From: Chrysomallon squamiferum
Lineage: Eukaryota; Animalia; Mollusca
Direction of reading: 5' to 3'
Length of the DNA: 64,000 nucleotides
NCBI GenBank assembly: GCA_012295275.1
Contig: CM022670.1
Span: 30,442,001 to 30,506,000, forward strand
The notes beneath the pieces were generated by a model that searched no databases, was not told the origin of the DNA, and saw only the letters and a program-made list of their open reading frames with translations. This document shows, piece after piece, positions 41,720 through 54,469 of this stretch; positions within the stretch are counted from its first letter, which is position 1, and each line of letters opens with the position of its first letter. A program made the position numbers and the translations under genes.

Positions 41720-44700
41720 GGCGGACTGTTTTATGTTCGTAAATTGAACAAACTGATAACAAAAAATGACAGCAAGAGGAATTGTAAATCTAAAAATAAG
41801 TTGATAAAAGCTAACGTGCGTATTGTTGCTCCAAAGTATCACAGCAACAGATTCATATCCTTGGTAACATCACCTTTCCATCTATCAGAAGTGTTGTTCA
41901 TACCTTTCGTTTCTATCTGGCATAATTATTTCTATTGAAAAATATTCTTTAACCAAAAAATATACGTTAAATTTAATAATGGCCATGTGTGTGATCGGTT
42001 CTCGACGCAACAGACGTCTCAAACATCAAATGTCGAGTTAGGGTGCAGCAAGATATCCTGATAACAACGCACAGTGTCTAACTTGGACGCATCTTCTGAA
42101 AAGATCTTTTATGATTGTTTAACAGTCTGAAGAAAAGCTTTTGGGATCTTCTGGCCATGTAATCAATCTCGCGTGATCTAACGATATTAGGAGGAACCCC
42201 TGAGAACATGTTGGGATTAAAAAAAACAAAAAAAAAAACAAAACAGCTAAATACAAGGAATAGGTCGCCTCCTCAAATTTGTCATATGTATGTATCGTAA
42301 GTTCCGAACCACTGAATCTAAAAGACGCCAGTCCATTTGAACGTAATGCCACCTCGACGACTTATCGAGTAATTTAAATACTTGAAACAAAGAACATTTT
42401 AAGCATCATATATTATTTTTTTCACAATATAATAATTGAATAATTGCTTGTTCTAATTGTTTTCCTTTTTCGATTTATAACATAACTTTAAAATTTAAAG
42501 TTAGCCCTTAATTTAAGTGTGTATTTCATTCTATGACAGATACCTGACGTGAAGTCACATTTTACAAATAAAGTTTTTCTGCTATATAATTGGAACCAAA
42601 AACTGTGTCAGACTACAAGAAACACAAGGGTTGTTTTTTTATTAATAAACTGAAATTGTGATGCCAAAGATTACCATCTTCGATATCAACATCATCATCA
42701 TCATCATCATTATATTAACTAGTATTACTATTATCTCTACTACTACTAGTACTATTATTATTATTATTATTATTATTATAATTTGAACATTAGCAATGTA
42801 ATTTTGTTTGCAAACAAAATAATTAAAGCAAAAAAATAATTAAAACTTAAAAACAAAATAAATTAAAATTAAAATAAAATAATAATAGAAATATATGTAC
42901 GTAGATATCTATCTATACGTATATAAAAAATATAATAATAAAGTAAAAACGATTTATCGAAACAAGAATAGGAACAAAAATAAACACAATAAAAACAAAT
43001 AAAACAGACAGACAAACAAAAAAATATAGAAAAGTAAATGAATGACGAACATAAGACATAAACACGCATACATTGTTTGCATGTACAATTCGTACAAGTT
43101 TAAAATAGACAACACATTTTTAAAGGAGGCATATTAATGTTCGAGCAATTTTGTAACAGGTTCTCTCCTCTTTATTTATTTATTGTTTCGTAAGTTATTT
43201 TAAGTTTCGAAAAACGACTCTCATAAAAATAGTAACTGACTATGCACTTGAAGACTGACCGACAAAATATTGTGCATCGTCTATCACATTCAACACACAC
43301 ACACACACACAGAGACACGCACGCATTTTTAAAATTAAGAATCAAAAATTATTTTACGTTGTATGTGAGGGTGTGTGTGTATGTCTCGCTGTGTATTTGT
43401 GTGGGTGACGTGCTCGCATGTATATATATAGATAGATAGATAGATAGATATGTTGGTATGTATGTAAGCATTTATGTTTTTTTATGTATGTATATCGAAA
43501 CAATCTGTATATTAAAAATAGACACACGCGTTTATTTTGCTATACATTTAATTTGTTGTACATTTTGTTCTTTTGCACTGGATTTCTACGTCTACATTTT
43601 TGTATGCATATGTTTATGTGTGTATGTGGGTGTGTATCTAAAGTACACAGAAGATGCATAACACACACACACACAAACACACATACATATACATAAAGCA
43701 TATGCATCTACATATTGTGCTAGCTGAATCTCACGCGCTAAGCCATTTCAGCGACTCGCACTAGATATTGTTTTAATTTTTTTCAGCAATTACCAGGGCT
43801 ACATACAACATCTGCACATGTTCTGTGCTTGGTACATAACAAGATTGTGGCCGATTTGGCTATTTTTTTAAAATTCATAATAGAAACAGGAAAAATAAAA
43901 ATAAAGAACTAAAAAAAAAAAAAAAAAAAAAAGTAAAAAAATGTATAAATCAAATAAGTTTTGTATGAACTATAAAGCTTTAGCAGACCCATCTTTAAAT
44001 TGAAGAAACTAAGTCAAATATATTTCACTGAATTACAATAGCTCTTCATCATTTTATTTTCGAAGATTATAGCAAATTATGTTACAGAAGAAAATGCGAA
44101 TTTGTAAAATAATAATAACAATAATAATAAAGAAAACTAGTCAGCTCTCGTTGCCAGCAGGTGTATTATCATAATCAGACTTTCGAAAACCTTCTGCTTG
44201 ATCTGTGGTACTCAGAACATTCAAAAACAAATTACCGTTAAGATAACTGTATATCTACATTGCCACTCGACTTCTGTTTTGAATTTGGAGAAAATACTTC
44301 GAATTTGACAAAATCCGGTAAAATTATTTTGCATTTGGTGACCGGGTCAATGCATGAGATAAACAAATTTAATCCCACCCCCCAATGATTACGACAATGG
44401 AAAATCTTCCTCTAAACGAAATAGTTCTGTCTTATCTATGAAACATTGATAGCAACGTTGCTTAAAAACACAACGAATATTTATGACAAGATAAAAGTGT
44501 TCAACTCTCAGTAATATTTAAATATTTATTCCATAAAAAGTTGACAGTTATGAGTAGGCCGAAACTAAGAAAAAGAATCGATGGTATTCTCTATTCCTTG
44601 GCGAATTTACTCTTTTTGCTAAAATATTCTTCTTCTAAATTTATTATTATTAAGAATCCTCATAATTGTTTTTTTTTCATTTACCTACAAAATTATTATT

Positions 44701-45463
44701 ATTAAATTCTGAGTTATGCTTCACCAGTTTCGAATGAGGTTGCTGAATTAAAACATTGAGTAAGATGTTTTAAACCTAACTGAAAGTGAAAGTAGCTTTT
44801 GCCAGCTGTATGTATCGGTAAACATATACATTATTAACATATACATGTATTATACTAATATAACACACACACATAAAACTTACTGTAATTTAGACACACA
44901 CACACACAATTTACTGTAATTTATAAATATTCTCTCAATCTTGAATGCCAAATTTTACAAAATATACACCATAGTTTTGGTATCTATGAAATTGAGATAT
45001 CTGTCATTCCCTGAAATGATTATACATATGGCCATTATTTTAGGTACCAGCGTTACAAAAATATATCCTTCATTATCCATTATTTGATTTTGTACCTAAA
45101 TAGAATAATGCTAATAATCATAATATATATATTATACACACACACATTTAAATTTAAAAAAGACAAGACAAAAGAATATGTGTGGGTGTCTGTTTATTTT
45201 ATATGTGTGTGTGTGTGTGTGTGGTGTGTTTGTGTGTTTCTATGTATACATGTATATATGGATGCATGTAGCAAATCCTCATATTGTCTGGACTTTTGTT
45301 TTTATCGCTTTCTACAAAGTGATGTCTTTAAACAATGTCTAACCTTTTCAACTTCGAAAGACGAGCCTAAATTATTAGCTGTATTATTAAAAATTAAAAC
45401 AAAATAAAAATACCTATTATATATATATATCCATTAACATTCTTTAATCAAATAATATATAAA

Positions 45464-46221
45464 AAGGGTTATTCAAAACTCCCGCTACACTTTTAAATTT
45501 TAATTAAATGATAATGGTTTTACTGATTTGAACAAAATTAGTCGTGAACTTTCAGTAGACTGCTATAATTTGTCCCGTAACGAAAAAATCCCTCTTCTTC
45601 TGTTTTCTTAGGCTCCGTAGACTTCAACGTGAGAGCCTTTTTTTTCGAGACACATTGCCCACCTCTTCAGGTGTCAATTATCTAGCGATGCTTTGAAACT
45701 TTTTTCTCCCTGAACTGGAACGAGTAGCCAATGTTGATGATTGTTTTTTCAAAGAAGATGGTGCTCCTCCACATTACGCTAAAGCAGTTCGCTATTTTTT
45801 GAATGACAAGTTCCCTGATAGATGGATAAGTCGTCGAGGACCTCTGGAGTGGGCGCCACGTTCTCCAGATTTGATACCCTGTGACTTCTTTCTGTGGGGC
45901 TTCCTGAAAAGCAAACTCTAAACATCAAAGCCCAGGAGTGTTGAAGGGTTAGAGGAACGTATAAGGAATGCCTGCAATTTTGTTACAAGGGAAATGCTGA
46001 ACGGAGATGGAGAGGAATTCTTGAAGAGTAGGCTAAGGGTGTCTCGAAAAAGAAAGCGTAACGTTGAAGTCTACGGAGATTAAGAAAACAGAAGAATGTT
46101 TTCGTTATGGGACAAATTGTAGCAATCTATAGAAAGTTCACGACTAATTTTGTTCAAATCCGTAAAGCCGTTTTCCTTTAATTAAAATGGAAAGGTGTAG
46201 AGGGACTTTTGAATGACCCGG
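45464..46221 (+). mobile_element. Deleted DD41D (rosa/long-TIR type) Tc1/mariner element
   Basis: About 190-bp imperfect TIRs (45464-45653 / 46039-46221). The frame from 45661 reads DGAPPHY...WAPRSPDLIPCDFFLWG with 41 residues between the two Asp. Two in-frame stops. Confidence 0.9.
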
Positions 46222-47845
46222 CACACACACACACACAATATTTTCAATATTCCTCAATGTAAGAAAAAATTACATATTAATATAAATGATTAAAGACAAA
46301 CTCCTCGTTATCTTTGCGGCTAGAAAAATAATTTTAATGCAGAAATTTACAACTAAAACAAAATCTAATATGATCAAAATATTACTGAAGAATAAAAAAA
46401 TGTGTATGCTTGCGTAGTATTTGAATAGAGCAATTTCCTGTTTCAGCATGTTGAATTATCAGGGTCAGCCAAGTATTCTATTATCTGTGAGATGGTGTAT
46501 TTAAAATATCACTTACTGTTAACTGACGTGAATTTCTTTTATTATAATCATTATTATAAAACAAATCCTTAAATCTAACTCTATGTAACATTAAAAATAA
46601 TGTCTTAAGTTTTTAATCCCACCTGTTATTTTGCTCATAGGGTATACGTTTAACAACTGAACTTAATACTGTTTTAAAGAAAAATTTCTAAACCACAAAG
46701 CAAATTAACAACTGAAAATAAAAAAATAATAATATTCGGTTACATGACACAGATAATATAGAGAAAACATTTTTTTAAATTTTATTACAGATTAAAGTTA
46801 CAATTATATATAAATTATATATAAGAATCCTATAAATTCTTTTGTAAAAATTAATAATATGTAATCCTGACATTTGACCAAAAAAAAAAAAAAAAAAAAA
46901 AAATCAATTTATCCAAATATTCAGTCTAGTTTCCAAATGAATAATACTGCTTTGCTAAGTTTTGACATACACAAACATACACATATTTCTGTATATAAAA
47001 CATATATGTAATATGCTTTCTGTAATCAAACTGAATCAGTTATAAAGAACACTAAAAAGGATTCAACATGTATGTAAATAAGCAATAAACAAACAATTTT
47101 TTTTTTTTTTTTTTTAAATTATAAAATGTGTACATTAAAATTTATGAGGTTATGATTAACAGATAAGAAAATTTGTCATGGTTGTAAGAAGACAATGAAA
47201 AAAAAAAAATAAAACAATAAAAAAAAATAAAAATATAAAACGAGATAAAAAAAACAACAAAAAAAACATTCATATTTGAAATAGTTATAAACATGGACTG
47301 ATATTAATGAGAACAAGTGTATTTTAAAATTTATTTATATATATAATAAAAACAATATATTTGTGTAATTAGCAGAATTAAATTTTCAACAACAAACATA
47401 TACATTTTCATACATTTAAACACTTATTTTTCACTGCAGGCTGTACCAAAACAAAACAAAAACACAATTTTGTAAAGAATATATTGTATTTACAAACTGT
47501 TTTTTTAAAGGTCAGTAAAAAAGCTGAAGATTTTATAATCATTATAATTTTCTAAAATATTTTTAAAATTATTATCAGTAATAAAGTCCTGTATATATTT
47601 ATTTTAAATATTACAAAATATAACGTTTAATTAAACCTGTTATATCTGTAAAGACTAATAAAAACTGTTTAACTATATTTTAAAAAGAAATCTATTTTCA
47701 AAATGTGAGTTTGTCAGTTGCATGATAAATTTCTAAACAGTTTGATCTCTATGTATATTACTCATATAATTTTTAATAATAAAAAGACTGCAGCCATCAC
47801 GGTGCTGTGAATAAAAGCTGTTAATTTTCTAATTAGTTCTGCAAC

Positions 47846-47962
47846 CTATTTAAAAGAAACAGCTGTTTCAATATCTTTCATTATTCTTAGTACAAGTTCC
47901 TCCTGAAAAGGCAAAGCTGCACACTGTACTGTCACTGGTAAACCTTCAGAACCAGAACACAG
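47846..47962 (-). CDS. FAAH: FAAH-A last coding exon (LCSGSEGLPVTVQCAALPFQEELVLRIMKDIETAVSFK*)
   Basis: 117 nt to TAG. GLPVxVQ...EELVLR C-terminal amidase motif. Confidence 0.95.
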   Translation of the reverse strand: MCSGSEGLPVTVQCAALPFQEELVLRIMKDIETAVSFK

Positions 47963-48296
47963 CTGAAAAAAAAACCCGAAGTAATCTTATACATAAACCT
48001 AATAGATCAGTCAACTGATACAACTATCTTTCTCTCTCACACTCTCTCTGTCTATCTCTCTATCTACCTATCCATGCAACAAACACATCCAACATATTTA
48101 CACACAGAAACACAAGACACCACATGTGCAAGACACATACAATTATATACAGATATATACATTATATACATATATACATAAAAACATTCATGCATGTGCA
48201 CATATATGCATCCAGACAGCCTAAATAAAATACACAAATACCACAAACATGAACTCAGCTCATTTAACCATATATATTAATAAAAATACACATTAC

Positions 48297-48445
48297 TTTT
48301 CTGATGAACTTTTCGCATCTTGTTTTTGCACAATAAACTTTTGGATCTGCAAGTTTCCTTTCATCTTCTTCAGTGACCCTTGTCACAGGCAGAACACCAC
48401 TGGGAAAATTCAGCAGATTAAACAGACCCATGTAGGAGACAGAAT
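48297..48445 (-). CDS. FAAH: FAAH-A exon 16 (SVSYMGLFNLLNFPSGVLPVTRVTEEDE...FIRK)
   Basis: 149 nt, phase 1/0, FNLLNFPSG motif. Confidence 0.94.
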
Positions 48446-48923
48446 CTAAATAAATAAATCAATATAAAAAAAATAGAAATAACAGTGATGATAATGAAGT
48501 ATTTTACTTCTGTTAGATGTTCCACATAACCATCAAATGACAAATTAATGAAATAGGATATACAAATTCTTGCCAAGCAGGTATCAATAACAACAATATA
48601 ATCATTTATAAAATAATGGGGAAATGACAAACACTTCCAGAAAGGAAATATTTCAGAAATAGCTGATTAATAATATGTTTTAAAATAATATCAACAATAA
48701 TGCCTGAATGATGAACTGGGATGGAGATAAATATAATTTTGTTTTTATCAGTAAGCTCTGTAACCATTCTTCAGTGTTTCTTTGTTTCTGTATTTCATTG
48801 TAGAATGGCTATCATAAGATCATTATCTTCAGTAATGTCCGAACCAAAATTCAGCATGTTATTAATTTATAATTTCAATGCAGTGCTTAGCAAAAGAATT
48901 AATGAATTTATTAATGTACATAC

Positions 48924-49035
48924 TGATAATGTCACCAGTTTTGTACAATGGCACAGGAGTGCAGGCTAAAGCAGGACATATAACTGCATCAAGTTTATTG
49001 TTCTTCCAAATCTTTAAATATTCAAGTTTGTACTC
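48924..49035 (-). CDS. FAAH: FAAH-A exon 15 (EYKLEYLKIWKNNKLDAVICPALACTPVPLYKTGDII)
   Basis: 112 nt, phase 0/1, LDAVICP motif. Confidence 0.94.
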
Positions 49036-49293
49036 CTGTAGAAAAACAAGCAAAATGGAATTTCTTTTTTAATTAACTATTTAATTTCATAGCTAATGAT
49101 AAAATACATGTATTTAAAATATTCATAGAAGTCAATAAAGAATATTCTTAGGTACATTGTCTGAGTTTATAATGTGAAAATGTATTTAATGATCTTTCTA
49201 TATAGTATACTTTCAAAATATTTATCAAATCCAACAAAGAATGGTCTGACATACATATTAAGTTTGTAATGTGAAAAGAGATCTCTAACATAC

Positions 49294-49371
49294 ATCTATT
49301 TTCTCTGCAAGTTGCCACCATTCAGTGACTGTAGTGGTTTTCAGTTTGAGAACACCAGCTGTCATTGGTTC
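49294..49371 (-). CDS. FAAH: FAAH-A exon 14, fused exon (EPMTAGVLKLKTTTVTEWWQLAEKID)
   Basis: 78 nt, phase 0/0. Aligns to two separate small exons of paralog B. Confidence 0.85.
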
Positions 49372-49764
49372 CTATATATTAATTCAGTAAGACAAAGTAA
49401 GTAGAACATAACATTAACTTGAAAAAAAATTATACATGTAATAAATAAGATAAATATAATGCAGAACCTACCATTGCTAAATAAAATTGACTGACCCCTA
49501 AAAATGGGTATAAAATAGTGTATCTACAGATTTTGTAAAATCTCATTAGTAAAATTAGGTCTCTTTTATAGTGTATGAATATTTGCCATCCATGATGAAA
49601 GTTAATGCATCACTAAATTATATGACCAAAATATTTTGTAAAATAGATTTTGCACTGGAATATAACTTCTTAGTTTTTATATATTAATTTATAGGTTAGA
49701 GCTATTGTTAATAAATGATGTAGAGCTCTGACAGTATTAATAAGTTATGCAAAACAGCACATAC

Positions 49765-49864
49765 CACAAAATTAATAAAGAAACTCAGGAATCTCTTTAT
49801 AAAATGTGGCAGCTTAAATCCATAATAAGTTAATTTGATCACATGATCAATTTTATCTTCTTTT
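49765..49864 (-). CDS. FAAH: FAAH-A exon 13 (KEDKIDHVIKLTYYGFKLPHFIKRFLSFFINFV)
   Basis: 100 nt, phase 2/0. Same size as the paralog B exon. Confidence 0.9.
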
Positions 49865-50210
49865 CTGAAAAAAAAAAAAGAAGAAAAAAAAAGAATCACT
49901 AGATTATACGGATTGTTAAAAATACAGTTTTACAGACAATATAATCCACTCATATGGTGATGTGTGGGGGTTTTTTTGTGGTTTTTTTTTTTGTCTGTGT
50001 TCTATTGGAGGTTTCTTTTAGCATTTTTTCCTTTTTTTTTTTTTTATAACAGAAATTCCATTTTATAACAAAAGTGGTCTTTAAATAATTTCAATTTTAA
50101 TTTTAGTTGCAATTTAAAGTAACAATGAAATGGTAATGGGGGTAAGAAAAATTAAATTAAATCATTTTCATTTTAAATTATGGGTCCATCAATACACACT
50201 ACTATCTTGA

Positions 50211-50243
<33 letters not shown>

Positions 50244-50404
50244 ATTACATAAAATTAATTTTAAAGAATTTTCAAAATAGAAGTAAATTAGTTGATAAAA
50301 TGGTGGTAAATTTCTTCTATGTATTTTTCATAAAATCATGTGCTCCAAATTAGCTTAAATCAGTTTATTTGATCAAAAGAATACAGACTGTTCTGTGAAC
50401 TTAC

Positions 50405-50502
50405 AATTTTTTTGAAATTTCACTAAATCCGTCACCAAAGAGTGTCTTTAAAAACAGATTTACAAACACTTCTTGGACTCTTGGAGGTTTGAACTCCACT
50501 AC
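50405..50502 (-). CDS. FAAH: FAAH-A exon 12 (VVEFKPPRVQEVFVNLFLKTLFGDGFSEISKKL)
   Basis: 98 nt, phase 0/2. Same size as the paralog B exon. Confidence 0.92.
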
Positions 50503-51078
50503 CTATGGTTTAAAAATGAAAACATAATATTTAAATGGAATTAATGCAAGTATAATACTTATTTGCATCCATAAAATATTTAAAAACAAACAACACAAAT
50601 AAGTATTTTTAAATTGAATCAAAAATACAGATTAACTAAACAATATATGATAAATTCAAGTAAAATATATATTTGTGTAAGAAAAACAGATTATTAATAA
50701 ATCTATTCAAATATAAACTTGATTTTTTTTTACATATTTACTCATTTTGAAAGTCAATTAACTGAACAAATAAGAAATATAACTTTCAAAAAATAAAATA
50801 AAAAATAAAATAAATGAATTGAAAAAAGAAACAAAAAGACCCCACCCATGATATAAAGACATAAATTAATAAATGTTAATGTTTGTAAAAGTATTTCTCT
50901 TGGTAATATCTATATCTAATTCAGCTGTGAACTGAATAAACTAATGACAACTGTTATTTTACAACAATGTTAATTAACCCTCCATGCGTCCTATCTTGTA
51001 CTTCTACGGTTATTTCATTTAATAATTTCCACTATTAATATATTTGTGGTTATTTTATAACAGTATTAATCAACTCAC

Positions 51079-51204
51079 TTTGTGTCCCATCTTCTCAAGT
51101 GCAGCTTTTGCATCCATTACTGCCCTGGCCACTGCAGGAGTCGGATGGATACAACCATCCCATGTGTAAAAACCAATCTTCAGAGGTGTCTTATTTTCAT
51201 ATAT
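51079..51204 (-). CDS. FAAH: FAAH-A exon 11 (IYENKTPLKIGFYTWDGCIHPTPAVARAVMDAKAALEKMGHK)
   Basis: 126 nt, phase 0/0, LKIG...GH motif. Confidence 0.94.
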
Positions 51205-51685
51205 CTGAAAAACAAATATTAACAAAATTGCACTAAAAATTTATTTTTTTAAATTTCATCCTGAATATTAATAAAATAATACTGACAACAACATATATTA
51301 AAAGTATGTATTAAGTCATCACACCAAAATTCTAGTACTAATAATATAACCCTTTTTAACAATTTCAAAAGCTCTATTTTCAGGTAAATTTTTTTGTCAT
51401 GGTCATCAAATATGATTAATGAACACTGTAAAAACACCTATATCATAATGATATTATTTTTCTGACAGTAAACTACAGTTATAATATATCAGTGGAACTT
51501 GTCACATAATGACAAAATTCCTTTAGCATTTATTCTGTCTTGAAAAATTCAGTATTCAATCAAACACGAACAAACACATATTGATCTGATGTAAATCAAA
51601 TAATTACTTCTTCACTATATTAGGCTAAACTTGAAAATAAAATAAAAGTTGTTTTAAAAAGGTAAGAATTACACATGTCATTTAC

Positions 51686-51810
51686 CTCTGTTCTGAATGG
51701 CATCACTGGTATAAAAGGATCCAGTTCATACAGGTATGGAACTGTGAGGCTTTTCATTGCTAGAACCAGTGAATCAACATCTCTTGCCATTGGGCCAACA
51801 GCATCTCTCA
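51686..51810 (-). CDS. FAAH: FAAH-A exon 10 (RDAVGPMARDVDSLVLAMKSLTVPYLYELDPFIPVMPFRTE)
   Basis: 125 nt, GPMARDV motif. Confidence 0.95.
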
Positions 51811-52068
51811 CTAGTAGTAAAGATGTGATTAGTAATTGAAATGACTACTCTAGAGGCTCAGTAGTTTTATATGTGAAACATAAAGTATTTTGAAACATAA
51901 AGTTAGTTAAACCGAAAGTAAGATAAATAAAGTAAACTAAAGAAAAGCAAATAAACCAATTAAATTAAATTAAATTAACGATAAAGAAACATATAGAAAT
52001 AAAACAGAACAGAACAAATCAACTCAAAATAAAATAAAATAAAATAAAATAAAAATAAAATTACAAAC

Positions 52069-52109
52069 CTAGTGTCTGACCACATCCTAAAGGAAAGAGT
52101 CCACAGGTA
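52069..52109 (-). CDS. FAAH: FAAH-A exon 9 (TCGLFPLGCGQTL)
   Basis: 41 nt, phase 2/1, bridges the flanking exons in frame. Confidence 0.88.
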
Positions 52110-52383
52110 CTGAAAAACAAAAGATAATTCTCATTTAAAATAACACCGAACAAATGAAAAAGGAAAAGAAATTAGGTTGTTTTTGTTTTTTTTCATCTAG
52201 TATAAAAAGAAAATTAAATGGAATATAATCAAATTTAAAAACTGAATGTATTAATTTTAATTACATCTAAAACAAATTTGCTATAAGATTTTCAACAACT
52301 GATATTTAGGAAACAAATAAGAAATTAATAAAATGAAAAATGTTTAAATTATCAATGTATCTATCTATCTATCTTTATATATA

Positions 52384-53085
52384 CAGTGGTACCTTGACTT
52401 ACAAGTTTAATTTGTTCTGTGACCGAGCTCATATCTCAATTTGCTCATATATCAAATCAATTTACCCAACTGAAATTAATTTTTTTTGGTAAAATGTTTT
52501 TAAATAAGAAAAATGTATTTATAAATGACAAATATTGTATGAAAACAAAATAAAATAAAATGTAAAGAAATAAATTGGTTTTGAAAAGTGTATTTATCTT
52601 GGAGATAGACAAATTATTTTAACACCTTTGGCTGGAGTTACAGCCTTTATCGACTCCTTCAGCTTCAGTGTGGTACATATCATAGAAATATTATACTCAT
52701 ACTGCCTAGCCAAGTCAACTATATGCACACCTCACTCATGTTTTTCTATGAATTCAAGCTTTAATTAAATGGACATCATCCACTTCTTCTTCTCAGCACT
52801 GTCCTTTGCACTCACTTTTCCATGGTCAGAAAAAAAGAAATTTGGCAAAATACAGTACATAACACGAGCACAACACAACAGAGATGCTTCCGCGCCGAGG
52901 TAACCATGTGAAGTAAATGAGTTAGATGTGGGATGCTGGGTGGATGTTATGTTGTTCGTTGCGCCAACTAGCGGTGGTGTTTCTGAAGCTCACTTGTAAT
53001 TTGGATTTTGGCTTGCAATTCAAATCAAACAATCAACCAGGTGGCTGCTCGTAACTCAAAAAACTCGTAAGTCGAGGTACTACTG
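52384..53085 (-). mobile_element. Tigger/pogo deletion derivative in an FAAH-A intron
   Basis: TA TSD. TIR CAGT(G/A)GTACCT(T/C)GACTTAC. Minus-strand remnant KVSAKDSAEKKKWMMSI*LKLEFIEKHE*GVHIVDLARQYE resembles a CENP-B-type N-terminal HTH. Confidence 0.9.
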
Positions 53086-53218
53086 TATGTATATATATAT
53101 ATATTATAAAACTCAGAATGTTAATAATTTTTATTTACTCCATTATCTTATAAGTAGTAATGAATTACATAAAAACACTGAAAATTATTCCAAGGGTTTG
53201 TTTTCTTGTTATTTTCAC

Positions 53219-53425
53219 CTGAGACGTTCTGATGTTGTTTTCAAGCCATATATTCCACAGAAGGCACTTGGAATTCTGATGCTTCCACCAATGTCATCAC
53301 CAAAACCAAGAAGAGATCCCCCAGTGCTAATAAGAGCAGCCTCACCCCCAGTTGACCCACCAGCTCCTCGTTTACGATCATGTGGATTTTTTGTTATTCC
53401 AGTGATAGGGTTTGAGCTTTCAATT
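53219..53425 (-). CDS. FAAH: FAAH-A exon 8, amidase signature (...[43 protein letters not shown]...)
   Basis: 207 nt, phase 2/2, both catalytic serines. Confidence 0.97.
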
Positions 53426-53473
53426 CTGAAATAAAGGTAACAGTAATAGTAGTACCAGTAGCAGTAGTTTTAA

Positions 53474-53505
<32 letters not shown>

Positions 53506-53865
53506 CTAATGGAAGTAGTAAATATAATAAAAGTAATGCTGGTGAAATTACTTATCATTATAAATAATACTGTACAGAAGCTGGGATACAAACAAATAAC
53601 CTAATAAACTGTATACATCCTAATAATTGTATCATTTCTTTCTGATGTCTTGTTATTACAAAATATTTACCTTTAAGGAAAAAAAAAATTATAATAATAA
53701 TATAACATAAATAAAATAATAAATAAATACATAAACAGAAATTAAGGCGGCCTTTCCTTTTCGTTTTTTTTTTTTTAAATTTGGGATTTAATTGATATAT
53801 TTATGCTTTTATACTATACATGTGTATGGAAGAACATCCAAGACAGCATATTTATAAGTACAAAC

Positions 53866-53927
53866 CCCAGCATTGTCTGTGGAAGATTAGTTCTCACAAA
53901 AGGAATGGCACCTTGTTTTTTCAAAAC
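53866..53927 (-). CDS. FAAH: FAAH-A exon 7 (VLKKQGAIPFVRTNLPQTMLG)
   Basis: 62 nt. GTTTGT donor; phase 2 fits the next exon. Confidence 0.93.
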
Positions 53928-54025
53928 CTGCAATCATAAAACATATTTCTATGCAATAACTGTAAGCAGAAATTGTGACAACAGACTCAAAAGGTATTCA
54001 GGAGATAAGTTATTTTTATTATTAC

Positions 54026-54097
54026 CTTAACTAAGATAGCATCTTCTTTAACTGGTTTGTCAATATAGTATGACATTCCTGCTGTGCAGTCATAGCC
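54026..54097 (-). CDS. FAAH: FAAH-A exon 6 (GYDCTAGMSYYIDKPVKEDAILVK)
   Basis: 72 nt, phase 0/0, canonical sites. Confidence 0.93.
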
Positions 54098-54127
54098 CTG
54101 GGAAAAAAATAACATTTTTGTATTAAA

Positions 54128-54129
<2 letters not shown>

Positions 54130-54181
<52 letters not shown>
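54130..54181. repeat. (TA)n microsatellite
   Basis: Direct reading. Confidence 0.95.
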
Positions 54182-54184
<3 letters not shown>

Positions 54185-54469
54185 TGAAAACCATAAATAA
54201 GTACAAAGGTGAATGTGTCAGTATTGGTGTAATGTCACCATTTTACAGTTACACTACTGGTTACTAGATATTATTTGTTTAATGATATTTTCTAAAGAGG
54301 AAACTTGCCATAAAAAGGCTATCCATAAATTACCTGTATAAAATCTATATGCATTTTCCACAAAGAAGAAAAGAACTTCTATGATAGTTACAGCAAAACA
54401 TTAATTAACATAATAATAATAATAATAACATTTATTAACTTTAATAAGAGAAATCTGTTATTAACATAC

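Noticed and set aside
43720-43765. Small hairpin followed by CTAG resembling a Helitron 3' end
   Set aside because: Weak stem, not followed by T, and no 5' TC end or second copy identified.
49472-49523. Possible missing small FAAH-A exon (AG...GTAGGT)
   Set aside because: Candidate lengths of 26 or 52 nt break the frame, and the 78-nt exon already covers that peptide.
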